DNA of 63,401 nucleotides, the filler included, from Octopus bimaculoides (Eukaryota): the NCBI RefSeq assembly GCF_001194135.2. It is 7 parts of 6 records of this genome, joined end to end, with 100 filler letters (N's around TTAATTAATTAA, not from the genome) between each part and the next. Parts side by side here need not be neighbours in the genome. Positions count along the whole stretch, not along the records: positions 1 to 25,893 come from NC_068997.1; positions 25,994 to 41,474 come from NC_069002.1; 5 more parts are not named here. The stretch is one strand, 5' to 3'. The position numbers were made by a program, and so were the translations under genes. How positions within the stretch are numbered: position 1 is the stretch's first letter; each line of letters starts with the position of its first letter. Below, in pieces: positions 15,018 through 27,568 of this stretch. The notes under the pieces were generated by a model. The model worked only from the letters and a program-made list of their open reading frames with translations. It was not told the DNA's origin and made no database searches.

Positions 15018-15173
15018 TTTATTGAAAAGCAGCAAAAATATCATAAAAACTGTTACTCAGCGTTTCACGTTCCTGTTCGTCGGAGAGTTTTGTTTAAACA
15101 AAACTGCATGACGAACGGGAACGTGAAACACTGAGTAACATTTTTTGTGATATTTTTGCTGCTTTTCAATAAA
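15018..15173. repeat. 156-bp imperfect zero-spacer palindrome centred on GTTT|AAAC
   Basis: 78-bp arms TTTATTGAAAAGCAGCAAAAATATC... and ...GATATTTTTGCTGCTTTTCAATAAA. Confidence 0.9.
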
Positions 15174-15289
15174 GCATATTACTCTACCTCTGGTATTCGA
15201 GTACTATTATTCCCACCTTGTTTCGCATTTATGCGCTTACTCCGATGAAACTAATATTTATAGGTATGTGACATTACAATTTACTTTGT

Positions 15290-17780
15290 GTCATTTAGTA
15301 AGGGGAGCGAAACGAAAAAACACAAGCCATTCAAGTGGAGCTGGTGAGTTCGATGTTCGGTTTCAACTTCTGTAGGTAGGAATTCTAGAAAGTTACCGTC
15401 TGCTGTCAAAGATGGAAAATCAGCTTGTAATTTCGGAGCAGAAGCTGTTTTAGGTGTAGAAAAAGAAGAGGGAGGGAAATGTACTGTGATTAATGCATAT
15501 CTGGCAATTATGCGGATGAGTTTTTGGGTGGAGAACGAATAGAGTCGGGAATGTTTATTTGTGTTACAGTTGCACCAGCCCACATGTGTGAATAGTCTTC
15601 TATAGTAGATTACACTCGAAGTTTGTATAGAGTCGGCAGCTGTTCACAACTAAGTAGTTTCAGGTCCAGAAAAATAAATCCTAGTTTGGGAGATGCAATT
15701 TCTGTAAAGTGAGAATGTAAGATGTATTTAGAACCTGCTAAGTTTTTAGCTGTTTTCTTTTTAAGTAAAGAAAGACGGGAGTGATGTGGAAGTACTTTGT
15801 TAATATGTTAGCAACTAATTTTTTAGCCAGAATGTTTTGTTTCTTAAATCTTTTTAACGTCGCAACTCATAATGCAAGTCAAGAGTAAAATACGTGCATT
15901 GAATTTGGATAACATTTTGAAGTGGGGGAAATGTTATACTAGCGTGAATGATGGCATCTGCATAGGAATGTGAGTTGGTGGAAGTATCAGTGCGAAGCTT
16001 GTTAACGTAGAGAAGAGTCTGAGAGACATATGCTAAAACTAAGATACATCACAATTCAAAAAATGGAGTCTCAGATAGATCCATGAACATATTTCACTCT
16101 GTGTTTCTTGCAGTGGTGATAGGTGAATGCAGTCCAGTTCGTGAGTGACTTTAGAGCTTGTAAATAATATTTTTCTGTCCATCAGCAGATATATACGTGT
16201 ATATAACTTGGGAACATGAGGTATATATTTTGGTTGTTTGAGAAATATGGGTTCACATAAGAAAAAGAATGGTTTTTCAGTTATTATTGTTGGTTGTTAA
16301 GGCGGCGAGCTGGCAGAAACGTTAGCACGCCGGGCGAAATGCTTAGCGATATTTCGTCTACTGCTACGTTCTGTGTTCAAATTCCGCCGAGGTCGACTTT
16401 GCCTTTCATCCTTTCGGGGTCGATTAAATAAGTACCGGTTACGCACTGGAGTCGATATAATCGACTTAATCCGTGTGTCTGTCCTTGTTTGTCCCCTCTG
16501 TGTGTAGCTCCTTGTAGGCAGTAAAGAAATAAGAAACGTTAGCACGCCGGGCAAAATGGTTAGTGGTCTGTCTTTACGTTCTAAGTTCAAATTCCACCGA
16601 GGTCGACTTTGCCCTTCATCCTTTCGGGGTCGATAAATTAAGTACCAGTTGTGTACTGGGGTCGATCTAATCGACTGGCCCCCTCCCAATAAATGTCTGG
16701 CCTTGTGCCTACAGTAGAAAAGATTATTGTTGGTTGTTGTTGTTTTTTGTTCTTGTTATTGTTGCGGTTATCCCCATCCATATTAGTTCAATGTTACAAT
16801 TGTAGTTGAACTCATTCCAAAAGTTGTTTGATGTGTCCAATGTATAAGACGGTGAGCTGCTTAACGGTATTTCGTCTGTCTTTACGTTCTGAGTTCAAAT
16901 TCCGCCGAGGTCGACTTTGCCTTTCATCCTTTCCGCGCCGATAAATTAAGTACCAGATGCGTACTGGGGTCGATCTAATCGACTGGTCCTCTCCCCCAAA
17001 ATTTCTGGCCTTGTGCCTAGAGTAGAAAAGATGTGTCCAATGTGTTTAGATTAATCGGTTATCTGAGTGATGGAAGAGATGTGGGACATATACAGTGCCT
17101 TTGCAATCTGGACATATATATTGGACATTTCTGGAAGAGTGGGTGGTTTAACAATACTCATTGACATGCCTGAGTGGGATGAATTACAATTAGCAAATGA
17201 TTTCGTTAGAATTCGTAGAATCAGCGGTCATTCAAGTCACTCTATTCATTCCCCAGTTTCTTCCAGAGATCCAAGCTTAACCCTATCAACGAGTTATTTC
17301 TTTCAACACCAAATATGATTGTTTCAGTCACTTTCTTTGCTCTTTCCGGTGGATCAGAAGAAGTGTAAAATTTCTGTCAAAGTTGGACAGTGCAAAATTA
17401 GCAAAATCCTGAAAATCCACATAGCCATATCTGCGCCCACAGATCCGATGTCTGGAATTAATGATATAAACTGGTGCACACAATCAAATTTGGCCAAAGT
17501 TTCAACATTTGCATCAACAGCGCTGAAGAATGGGAAAATTATGAGGAAGCGTGCATATTAAAATCATTGAAAGTTAAGCTGAGGAAGATACATTCAATGT
17601 CAGAAGCAAATTGTCTAAAGTAATCAATATGATGCTAGTACACTCCTAAAGATACCAAAAAATGTATTTGATTTAGAAATAGAAAAATGCGCTTCAAAAC
17701 TGCTTCTAAAGAATCGCCACAAATTCGGGAAGGTTTTCTCTATGTGATCAATAAATAAATAGAAGTAGAGGTAGCATTTA
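15290..17780 (-). mobile_element. Old CR1-like LINE (APE and RT remnants) interrupted by three SINEs
   Basis: Minus-strand remnants in the expected order: FASDIECI..DFNMH (APE, about 17560), SHSYADA (about 15960) and LYKLRV*STIEDYSHMWAGA (about 15600). Heavily degraded, boundaries approximate. Confidence 0.45.
16298..17032 (+). mobile_element. Three tandem copies of SINE family A (tRNA-like head plus GTCGACTTTGCCTTTCATCCTTTCGGGGTCGATAAATTAAGTACCAG domain)
   Basis: Copies at about 16298-16530, 16535-16722 and 16846-17032; further copies at 9196-9398(-), 14801-15005(+), 29368-29540(+), 51695-51906(-), 54497-54826(-, dimer). Confidence 0.85.
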
Positions 17781-17884
17781 CCAACTGGGATACATTTTTT
17801 TTTAGTGAACTTTGAATTATTAGCATAGAGTCAAAAGAGAAATGCTTCATATAAAATATATTTATATGCGAAGGAAGGGATATA

Positions 17885-18990
17885 CAGGGCGCAAGGGGTA
17901 TTAAGGACATGTAATTATTAGTATATTAGTGCATTGCTCATTTTATAAGGATTGCAAGATCTTTAGTACATAAAGTTTGAATGGAATTAGAAGCAAATGG
18001 TGGGAATGTTTCAAATCTATCAAAGGAGGAAAAAATTCTAAACGTTCTGCCATTCATCTGATGGGTTCAAGACATAATCGATAATAATCCCGGAAAATCA
18101 ATGAGGGCCATTGTCAAAGAACCTAGGGTCTCGGAGTGAACTATTAGAACTGTGGTGCTCGAGAGTATTCAACACAGGTCATATATATATTGAAGAGAAG
18201 CCAATTCATGTCTGTAAAGACACAGGAGAGCCATTTCTCCGTGCCAAACGACTTCTTAACGAGGTTAAAAATCCTCAAAAACATAACATAATATGTTTTG
18301 GTTCTTCTCTGATACAAAAAACGTTGACCAAGACCAAAAGTCTCCCAGGAGAAATGACACAGTTATATGCACATCCTTTTTATTTCCCTGAGTGACGCAC
18401 ACTAAGTTTTCAGCAAATGGTTTTAGGAGTAGTTAGTAACGAAGGTCACGTGATTCCACCTCACATCTTTCCACAGGGTCTTAGAATTAATGCTGCTGGT
18501 TATAATGAGGTGATGGAAAGAGTTGTTGAGCTCTCGATGGATGAAGTACGTAGTGGAAGACCATAAGTGTTTCAGCAAGACTCGGCACCTCCTCACAAAA
18601 CTCACATAACAGAAGAATGGATATCAGACAATTTTTTATGATCATGTAACACCAAACTTGTGGCTTCCAAGTGTACTAGATTTAGATCCCATGGACCACA
18701 ATATTTGGAGCGTCATTGAATGGGAGACTAATGAACATCCTCACAATATTATAGGGTTACTGAAGTCCACCATTATCCAGATGATGTCCGAAATGAATAA
18801 AGACCATTTAGTGCAGTCGTGTCAACGATTCTAGTTCCACATCGAAACTGAAGGCGGATTCGTAGAATAAATTAAAGTAAAATCTTATCGAGCACATTTG
18901 CACTAACTTTTATTAAAACCCATTTGGTTTTTGCTAAATTAGAGACCTTATATTAAATTACCTATGTCCTCAAATACCTCTTGCACACTG
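17885..18990 (+). mobile_element. Decayed maT (DD37D) mariner-superfamily transposon
   Basis: Imperfect TIRs of about 30 bp (CAGGGCGCAAGGGGTATT.. and CAGTGTGCAAGAGGTATT..); peptide VMVLGVVSNEGHVIPPHIF..FQQDSAPPH...WLPSVLDLDPMDH gives D-37-D after correcting one extra T at about 18637. Confidence 0.8.
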
Positions 18991-19062
18991 CATTTATGCG
19001 CGCGCGCGCGCGTTTGTATGTTATATCTGTGAGCATGATTTTGTAAATGTGTGTGTGTGTGC

Positions 19063-19103
<41 letters not shown>

Positions 19104-19273
19104 NNNNNNNNNNNNNNNNNNNNNNNNNNNNNNNNNNNNNNNNNNNNNNNNNNNNNNNNNNNNNNNNNNNNNNNNNNNNNNNNNNNNNNNNNNNNNNNNN
19201 NNNNNNNNNNNNNNNNNNNNNNNNNNNNNNNNNNNNNNNNNNNNNNNNNNNNNNNNNNNNNNNNNNNNNNNNN

Positions 19274-19313
<40 letters not shown>

Positions 19314-20644
19314 TATACGAATGCAAAGGTGAATTGTAATACAGGCGGGCAAGTAGTTGATGGCTAAGAATATAATCAATAATTATAGCGAAGTCTTTCC
19401 TAGATGAAGATCGTATTGCAACCTGGTGCTCTTTCTGTACTTCCTTTTATACAACATATCTATTGATATGCCCTATCTATTAATATACATTATTGATATA
19501 ACCGATTTATTGATATACACCTTCTATCGAATCGTACGCTATTTATTGAACTATTTATTGAACTATCCTATATATTGATTTACACGATCTATTCATATAC
19601 ACTATTTATTTATATACCCTATCCATTTATATAAAGTAAACTGTAATTTATATTTAGAAATCTCTGAGTTGAGTTACTGCAAAAATAAATAATTCTTGTA
19701 AGATATATGAGCATGTCTGGGTGTGTGANNNNNNNNNNNNNNNNNNNNNNNNNNNNNNNNNNNNNNNNNNNNNNNNNNNNNNNNNNNNNNNNNNNNNNNN
19801 NNNNNNNNNNNNNNNNNNNNNNNNNNNNNNNNNNNNNNNNNNNNNNNNNNNNNNNNNNNNNNNNNNNNNNNNNNNNNNNNNNNNNNNNNNNNNNNNNNNN
19901 NNNNNNNNNNNNNNNNNNNNNNNNNNNNNNNNNNNNNNNNNNNNNNNNNNNNNNNNNNNNNNNNNNNNNNNNNNNNNNNNNNNNNNNNNNNNNNNNNNNN
20001 NNNNNNNNNNNNNNNNNNNNNNNNNNNNNNNNNNNNNNNNNNNNNNNNNNNNNNNNNNNNNNNNNNNNNNNNNNNNNNNNNNNNNNNNNNNNNNNNNNNN
20101 NNNNNNNNNNNNNNNNNNNNNNNNNNNNNNNNNNNNNNNNNNNNNNNNNNNNNNNNNNNNNNNNNNNNNNNNNNNNNNNNNNNNNNNNNNNNNNNNNNNN
20201 NNNNNNNNNNNNNNNNNNNNNNNNNNNNNNNNNNNNNNNNNNNNNNNNNNNNNNNNNNNNNNNNNNNNNNNNNNNNNNNNNNNNNNNNNNNNNNNNNNNN
20301 NNNNNNNNNNNNNNNNNNNNNNNNNNNNNNNNNNNNNNNNNNNNNNNNNNNNNNNNNNNNNNNNNNNNNNNNNNNNNNNNNNNNNNNNNNNNNNNNNNNN
20401 NNNNNNNNNNNNNNNNNNNNNNNNNNNNNNNNNNNNNNNNNNNNNNNNNNNNNNNNNNNNNNNNNNNNNNNNNNNNNNNGAGAGGGAGAGAGGGAGAGAG
20501 AGGGATGGATGGATGGATGGATGGATGGATGGATGGATGGATGGATGGATGGATACGCATGTATATTTTCTTTATTAATATTTAGAATGACTCAAGATCC
20601 AAGAGTATCGTGTGTTGGCACTTATGAAACCTATATATATATAT

Positions 20645-20789
20645 ATAATGCCAATGATATAGCCTGAACAGGATAAACTACCCCTATTTTGCAGAGAAAA
20701 GTGTAGGTGGCTACCACAGCTAGCCACCTACACTTTTCTCTGCAAAATAGGGGTAGTTTATCCCGTTCAGGCTATATCATTAGCATTAT
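20645..20789. repeat. 145-bp foldback: 69-bp arms (2 mismatches) and a 7-nt loop
   Basis: Arms 20645-20713 and 20721-20789 compared base by base. Confidence 0.95.
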
Positions 20790-21183
20790 TCTACGATTGA
20801 GAATTTAAAATCACTTCTTTAACTTTCTAAAAGACATCTCAACGCTTCTAAAAGCAAACTTCGTTTGTTTGTTTACGTTTGTCGTAATTTGAATTTACTA
20901 TATATATATATATATATATATTCTCCGGGTGGGATGGCCATGCCAGAGCACTGCCTTGAAGGGTTTTTAGTCGACCAAATCGACCCCAGACTTATTTCTT
21001 AAGCCTAATACTTATTTCATCGATTTCTTTTGCAGAACCGCTTAGTTACAGGGATGTAAACACACCAATACTGGTTGTCAAACGTTCGTTAGGAGACAAA
21101 CGCTGACAAAAAACATATTCACACACACATACATACATACATACATACATACATACATACATACATACATACATACATACATA

Positions 21184-21966
21184 CATAGTGGATGTAAAGT
21201 AACTAAGCATTAGAAATTGTTTATAGAATTTTTAGTATCACTGATGATGACGAAAACATTTTTTAAACAGACAACACTAAAAGGGATTTTTTTTATTTTC
21301 TTAGTCTTATTTCTTATTTCTTATTTTTCAGATGGCCGGGTGCTTGACTCTGTTCAGGAGCGAGCTAAGATAAGTAGCACGCTATGAAGTGCGTAATTCC
21401 ATTGTTTGGGATTAGAGACGGTGGCGTGCATGGAAAGGTAAGCATGCAACACTACGTCCTGAGACAATAAAATGTTGCCATGCATAGCCCGTGAAAGTGG
21501 TCTATCAAGGCATACAATACGTACGGTGTTGCATAAAGAACTGAGTTTTCGTCCATGGAAACCTGAAGACTGTGAGCGCAGAATGGAATGTGGAATGGCC
21601 TCAGAAGTGACCGCAGGAATCCAGAACTTCAAGAAGTCCAGATCTCACTCCATGTGATTTTTACCTGCGTTGTTACACAAAAGAAGAGGTGTGTAAGACA
21701 AAACATCACACACTGTAAGACTTAGAACGCGGATTCAGGAGGTTCTCAATGATATCCCAGACGACGTTCTTCAGAAGGTTGTTCATTCCATCCCTGGTCG
21801 TTTGAGGAAACTGGTTGACGCCACTGGTGCTTACGTTGAAATATGAAGATTTACCTTCATTTTCCCATGTAATAAAGAACATGTAACATTTGTTTCAATA
21901 AATTTGTAAAAGGAATATGGATTTTATGACCAATTTTTAATGCCTACATACTTTTCACCCACCCTG
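21184..21966 (+). mobile_element. Second copy of the same deleted Tc1/mariner element
   Basis: Colinear homology with the reverse complement of 3748-4575; ends ...CTTTTCACCCACCCTG followed by TA. Confidence 0.85.
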
Positions 21967-22144
21967 TATATACATATAGAACGGGTTTCTTTCAGTCTCC
22001 GTCTGTCAAACCCACTCACAAAGCTTTGGTCAGCCCGAGGCTATAGTAGGAGGCACTCACTCAAGGTGCCACGCAGTGGGACTGAACCCGGAACTATGCG
22101 GTCGAGAAGCAAGTTTCTTACCACTATAAATGTATGTCTATATA

Positions 22145-22516
22145 TAATGAGGGAAATGGAGGATGGAAGATACGAGAATGTTTATCGATCCCTACAATTG
22201 TTTCGACCCATCTACCATGGATTCCTCATGTGTGGAATACTGAACAACTGGTTTATGAGTATTCGTCGGTGTCGATGTGTCTCCTCAGGTAACGAGATGT
22301 ATCTCGCTAAATGTATCTCGCTAAATGTATCTCGCTAAAATAACGTCTGTTCCGCGAGATTTCTTCTTGGTGTGTGTATGAAAAAGCAGCAAATTAAGGG
22401 GTACAACTCCTTAATGTTCAGTACCCCACCCCTATGAAACCAATGCTAGATGGGTCGAAACAATCGTAGGCATCAATAATCATTTTCGTATCTTCAATCT
22501 TCTGTCTCTCTCATTA
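22145..22516. mobile_element. MITE-like element with imperfect inverted termini of about 100 bp
   Basis: gaagatacgagaatg..ttgtttcgacccatcta (left) mirrors tagatgggtcgaaacaa..cattttcgtatcttc (right); internal 14-bp unit aatgtatctcgcta repeated about three times. Confidence 0.65.
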
Positions 22517-23154
22517 ATCAAATACTCAACGAACATAGAGAAAGTGAACGTGCTTTACTGGTAAACTATCAGGTCTATACCATACGATTTATTAACTAAT
22601 ACATGCGCGCACACACACACAGACACACATAACAATAACAACAACAATTGCATCGTGAAGGACACATATCCGTCATTGAAAACACAAAAACTGCTAACTC
22701 CACTTACACATTTATCATCTGGTGTCAAAATTTTCATCGTACTATCTGCAACCTTGTCACTGACACGCTTTCACTGCAACTGGTTTGAAGAAAGATTGTG
22801 GGCCAGTATATATAGCTTTCAGGGTTTAAAATATATGTTTGTTTCAATTCTATATGGGTTAGTCAGTGGTTCTGGCAGTGACAACCACGAAGCTGACCTA
22901 CAGTAGAGAAAGAGATGATGAATGTCGACGAAAAGACTTTGACAAACATAACCGAATGATTAATCAACTAATCGACTAGTTAAAGGGTTAAATAGTTAAC
23001 CAATTGACAAAAAGTAAAGATGCGAAATAGAACCAGTGCGTGTATATATTATTGGCATAATGACCCTCCTGAAATATAACAATACACGTATTACACTTTA
23101 CTTCTTCGAGAGCTGCGGCCATGTTGGGGCACTGCCGTTAATAAAATTAACCTA

Positions 23155-23246
23155 CACCCGCAGAGTAACTCGAATCCGCGACCCTCAGATTACCTCTAAG
23201 GTCAACCTATAAAAGTCTGATGCCCTACCGAGTGAGCTATGCAGGA
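23155..23246 (-). pseudogene. tRNA-Lys(UUU)-like gene with a 19-nt intron (23191-23209) at position 37/38; probably a pseudogene
   Basis: Minus strand reads TCCTGCA TA GCTC ACTCGGTA GGGC A TCAGA CT TTT A [TAGGTTGACCTTAGAGGTA] A TCTGA GGGTC GCGGA TTCGAGT TACTC TGCGGGT G. Without the bracket it is 73 nt and closely resembles metazoan tRNA-Lys(TTT). Mismatches at pair 1-72, two T-stem pairs and the A box. Confidence 0.8.
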
Positions 23247-23247
23247 A

Positions 23248-23420
23248 GGCGCTTAGCCTAGTGTTTGGAATGTTGGGCTCATGATCATAAATTCGAAGGT
23301 TCGATTCCTGAAAGGGACGGCGCGTCATGTCCTTGAGCAATGCACATAATTTCACGTTGCTCCAGTGTTCTCCGTTGAAAATTAGTACCTACCGATTGCC
23401 AGGGCGGCTCTTTCTCTCTT
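23248..23420 (+). mobile_element. Third tRNA-derived SINE type, head-to-head with the tRNA-Lys copy
   Basis: A-box-like TAGCCTAGTG, B-box GGTTCGATTCC, then GTCCTTGAGCAA..CAC..TTTCACGTTGCTCCAG (CORE/V-like). Confidence 0.6.
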
Positions 23421-24939
23421 CAGTTGTCACAACGAGGGTGTGACAACTGGAAGTAGATGGTCGAAGGGGTGTCTATACCTGCTCGAGACTACATTAGACA
23501 CCTAAAACAATTAGAGAAAGCGTGAAACAAACTACTATGTCATACTCGCTTGCAAGTGACGGTAAGCTTTTCGTGTATGCGTATTTATGTGTGCATTTAT
23601 GTATGAATGTGTATAGATATGTGTGTATGTATCGACGCGCGTTATTCCTCAGCTAATGTATACATCGAGATTGGTTATGAATACAAGTATATATTTCTAA
23701 CATATCCTAGCTAGATATAATATCAATACAAACATTCAAGCACTTCCATACACTTATTTACAGAGTTACACACACGCATGCACACACGCACACACACACA
23801 CACACGCACGCACACACAGCATACGTACATATTCACACACATACACATAGTTACTTACTCTCATACACGCATACATATTTGCTTATATTCATACACTCAC
23901 ATGCATATTTCGATATTCAAGCATGCGCGCACCCATGTACACACATGTGCACACACATACACACAGATACACACTTTCAGCACACACGCAAACACGCGCA
24001 CGCAGGCGTATACACAGACGTACAAGCACACATACAAGAACATATACACGCTTATATTTCTGTTCTTATATGAATGTGTACGTGTATCTGCACGCATGCG
24101 CACGTACGTATGTGAGCATGGGCGTTTATGTATGCGTGCGTATGTTAGTGTCGATGTGTGTGTGTGTGTGTGTGTNNNNNNNNNNNNNNNNNNNNNNNNN
24201 NNNNNNNNNNNNNNNNNNNNNNNNNNNNNNNNNNNNNNNNNNNNNNNNNNNNNNNNNNNNNNNNNNNNNNNNNNNNNNNNNNNNNNNNNNNNNNNNNNNN
24301 NNNNNNNNNNNNNNNNNNNNNNNNNNNNNNNNNNNNNNNNNNNNNNNNNNNNNNNNNNNNNNNNNNNNNNNNNNNNNNNNNNNNNNNNNNNNNNNNNNNN
24401 NNNNNNNNNNNNNNNNNNNNNNNNNNNNNNNNNNNNNNNNNNNNNNNNNNNNNNNNNNNNNNNNNNNNNNNNNNNNNNNNNNNNNNNNNNNNNNNNNNNN
24501 NNNNNNNNNNNNNNNNNNNNNNNNNNNNNNNNNNNNNNNNNNNNNNNNNNNNNNNNNNNNNNNNNNNNNNNNNNNNNNNAGGTTGGTTGGTCGGTCGGTT
24601 GGTGGGTGTTTTCGATGGTGTTACACACTTCCTGTCAAACTGTTCTGTTTGCGATAAGAGAATCACTGCCATTCTAAATTCTATTCCCATTGTAGACTAC
24701 TGCCTGACTATCTTTTTGTATATCTATGTATCTACCAATTATGTGGATATACACACACACACATACACACACATACACACTCACACATCATAGCATCATA
24801 GGGCAAAACCAAGCATTCTCGATTTTTTTTTTTTTTTTTTTGGTTTTTAGGCTGAACTGCTAGATTACGTAAACAAACCAATATCGGTTGTTAAACAGTG
24901 GGAGCGGAGAAACACAAAGACATACACACATATTCAAGC

Positions 24940-25355
24940 ACAGATCGTGGCTGTGTAATAAGAAGTTGGCTTCCCTACCTCATGGTTCCCACTGCGTGGC
25001 ACCTTCGACAAGTCTCTTCTACTATAAGTTCTGTTTGACCAAAGCCTTGTGAGTGGATCTGGTAGACGGAAACTGAAAGAAGACTGTCGTGAGTATGTGT
25101 ATGTGTGCGTGTGTACGTGTGCGTCCATATATGTGTATGTGTGTGTTTGTCTCTGCGTTTGTCCCCCACCACCGCTTGACAACCGGTGTTGGTGTGCTTA
25201 TTTCCCTGTAACTTAGCTGTTCGGCAAATAAGATTGATCGAATAAATACCAGACTTTAAAAAAATAAATCTGTGTCGATTTGCTCGACTAAAATGCTTCA
25301 AAGCAGTGCCCCAGCATGACCGTAGTTTAATGGCTGAAACAAGTGAAAGATAAAG
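24940..25355 (+). mobile_element. SINE family B, near full length
   Basis: Colinear with 51005-51450. Confidence 0.8.
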
Positions 25356-25796
25356 GATATTTGAAGGTCCTGCACAATGTTTCCATCACAAGGCATTGGG
25401 CTACTCGTGGCTATAGTTAACTACAGGTGTTGCGCAGAGGGACTGAACTTGAAATTACAAAGTGAGCTACTAAACCACACAGCCATACCTGCACCTGTAT
25501 ATGCAGAAAAAATCTCACAATGAGAAGATGGGAGAATAATCATTGTCATAAAAGTGGCTCAGTATAATGGTAATCCTGTTCAATTGACCGAGTAAGCCAG
25601 GTTGATCCGCTCCGGCCTGTCGGGGCAATGGGGAAATGAACGGCAGGGCAGTAGACCAACTATACTGGAATTCCTGAACTGTGGCGTTTAGCGAAGGGTT
25701 TCGTGTTTAAGGGGTAATTTGGGAGGTGTGGGTGTGGGATAGGGTAGAGAGAGTGAGATAGAGAGAGAGAGAGACGAAAAGTATATATATATATAC

Positions 25797-25893
<97 letters not shown>

Positions 25894-25937
25894 NNNNNNN
25901 NNNNNNNNNNNNNNNNNNNNNNNNNNNNNNNNNNNNN

Positions 25938-25949
25938 TTAATTAATTAA
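25938..25949. other. Assembly linker TTAATTAATTAA inside a 100-bp gap (also at 41519, 47893, 53179, 57455, 62238)
   Basis: Each of the six is flanked by exactly 44 N on both sides; the 12-mer puts stops in all six frames. Confidence 0.95.
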
Positions 25950-25993
25950 NNNNNNNNNNNNNNNNNNNNNNNNNNNNNNNNNNNNNNNNNNNN

Positions 25994-26047
<54 letters not shown>

Positions 26048-26417
26048 AGATGATGACGCTGCGTTTCTAACCACTGTACTAGAATATGTAAACAAGAAAA
26101 TCTAGAGCAAAGAAACATTTCAAGAGCTTCATAAAATCCACAGCAGCAGCAGCAGCAGCAGCAGCGGCAGTGTCGGAGGCCATGTTGTTTCATAGACACA
26201 CTTAACGCTTGAAGCTTAAAAACATTCTGCATAAATACACACACACACACAGACACACACATATATATATAGACACTCCATACACACTCCATACACTCAC
26301 ACATACAGACACACACATATGTAAGGATACATGCATATATAGAAATTATGCAGACGCACGCATAAAATGTATATACATATATATATATGTATGTGTGGGA
26401 TATTTTTAATGTTTTAC

Positions 26418-26457
<40 letters not shown>

Positions 26458-27463
26458 AATGTTAGAAATATGGAAAATTAATAATAAAACTGAAAGGGGT
26501 TTTTTCCTTTTGAAGTGCAGTTGATTAATTCCAGAGTATATTATTACAATCAAATTATTTCAGAATATTATAATATGTATTGAAAAAGAGATTATCACAA
26601 TCAAATTATTTAAAAATACATTATTACATATTCCAAAATACATCGCACCCAAAACGCATTACTACAATTAAATCTTTTCATGATTACATTTTCCAAATTA
26701 CATTACATTTTTAAGCTAAAATCATCTAAATATACTTTATTTCAACATTCCAAAACACATGCTTACAAATAATTACAGGATTGCATAATTAAACATTCCA
26801 AAGGAGCATAATTCCAAACCGGTTTCACTTCAAATAGTAGATATTCACTATAATCTGCGTGTGTAATGATCAGTAATGCACAACGGTGGAGCTGCTTTTT
26901 CTGTGACTATAGGCAATACTTGTGCTATGTTTATAATTTAAAAAAATTAAACCAAATTATAGCAAGACAGTCATCTGAGGACTCTTGGTAAAGATAATAT
27001 TACATTTGATCAAATCTGTTACGGGTATAAGAATGCGATGTAGATGTGGTTACGCTGGAAATCGAGTTGACCAACACACACACATACATACACACAGACA
27101 CACACACACACAAACTTACATATATATACGACAAGCTTCTATTCGATTTCCTTCACAAATATGGTTATATACGAGGCTATAAGAGAAAAAAAAACATTTC
27201 TTAGGTGCTAAGCATTGAAATTGAACCCGAGACCAAGTAGTGATGATGTGGACATTTTAAGTAAACAGCCATGCCTATGTTTGCGATCTTTGGCCAAACA
27301 TACTACAATGTACTCTCTCTCTTTTCTCTCTCTCACTCTCTCTCTTTTCTCTCTCTCCCTCTCTCTATGTATATATGTATATATATTATATATATGAATA
27401 CATACTACTTTATATATGCAGTTATATAAATATATATACTTATGTGTAAATATAGATATATAG

Positions 27464-27513
<50 letters not shown>

Positions 27514-27532
27514 GTCTATGTATCTATATATT

Positions 27533-27568
<36 letters not shown>

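Noticed and set aside
25560-25745. GC-rich non-repetitive island, possibly regulatory or a miRNA
   Set aside because: No ORF, stable hairpin or identifiable motif set; only conservation data could support it.
26080-26185. (CAG)n tract giving MASDTAAAAAAAAVDFMKLL on the minus strand
   Set aside because: It stops after 33 codons without a donor site; most likely a simple repeat.
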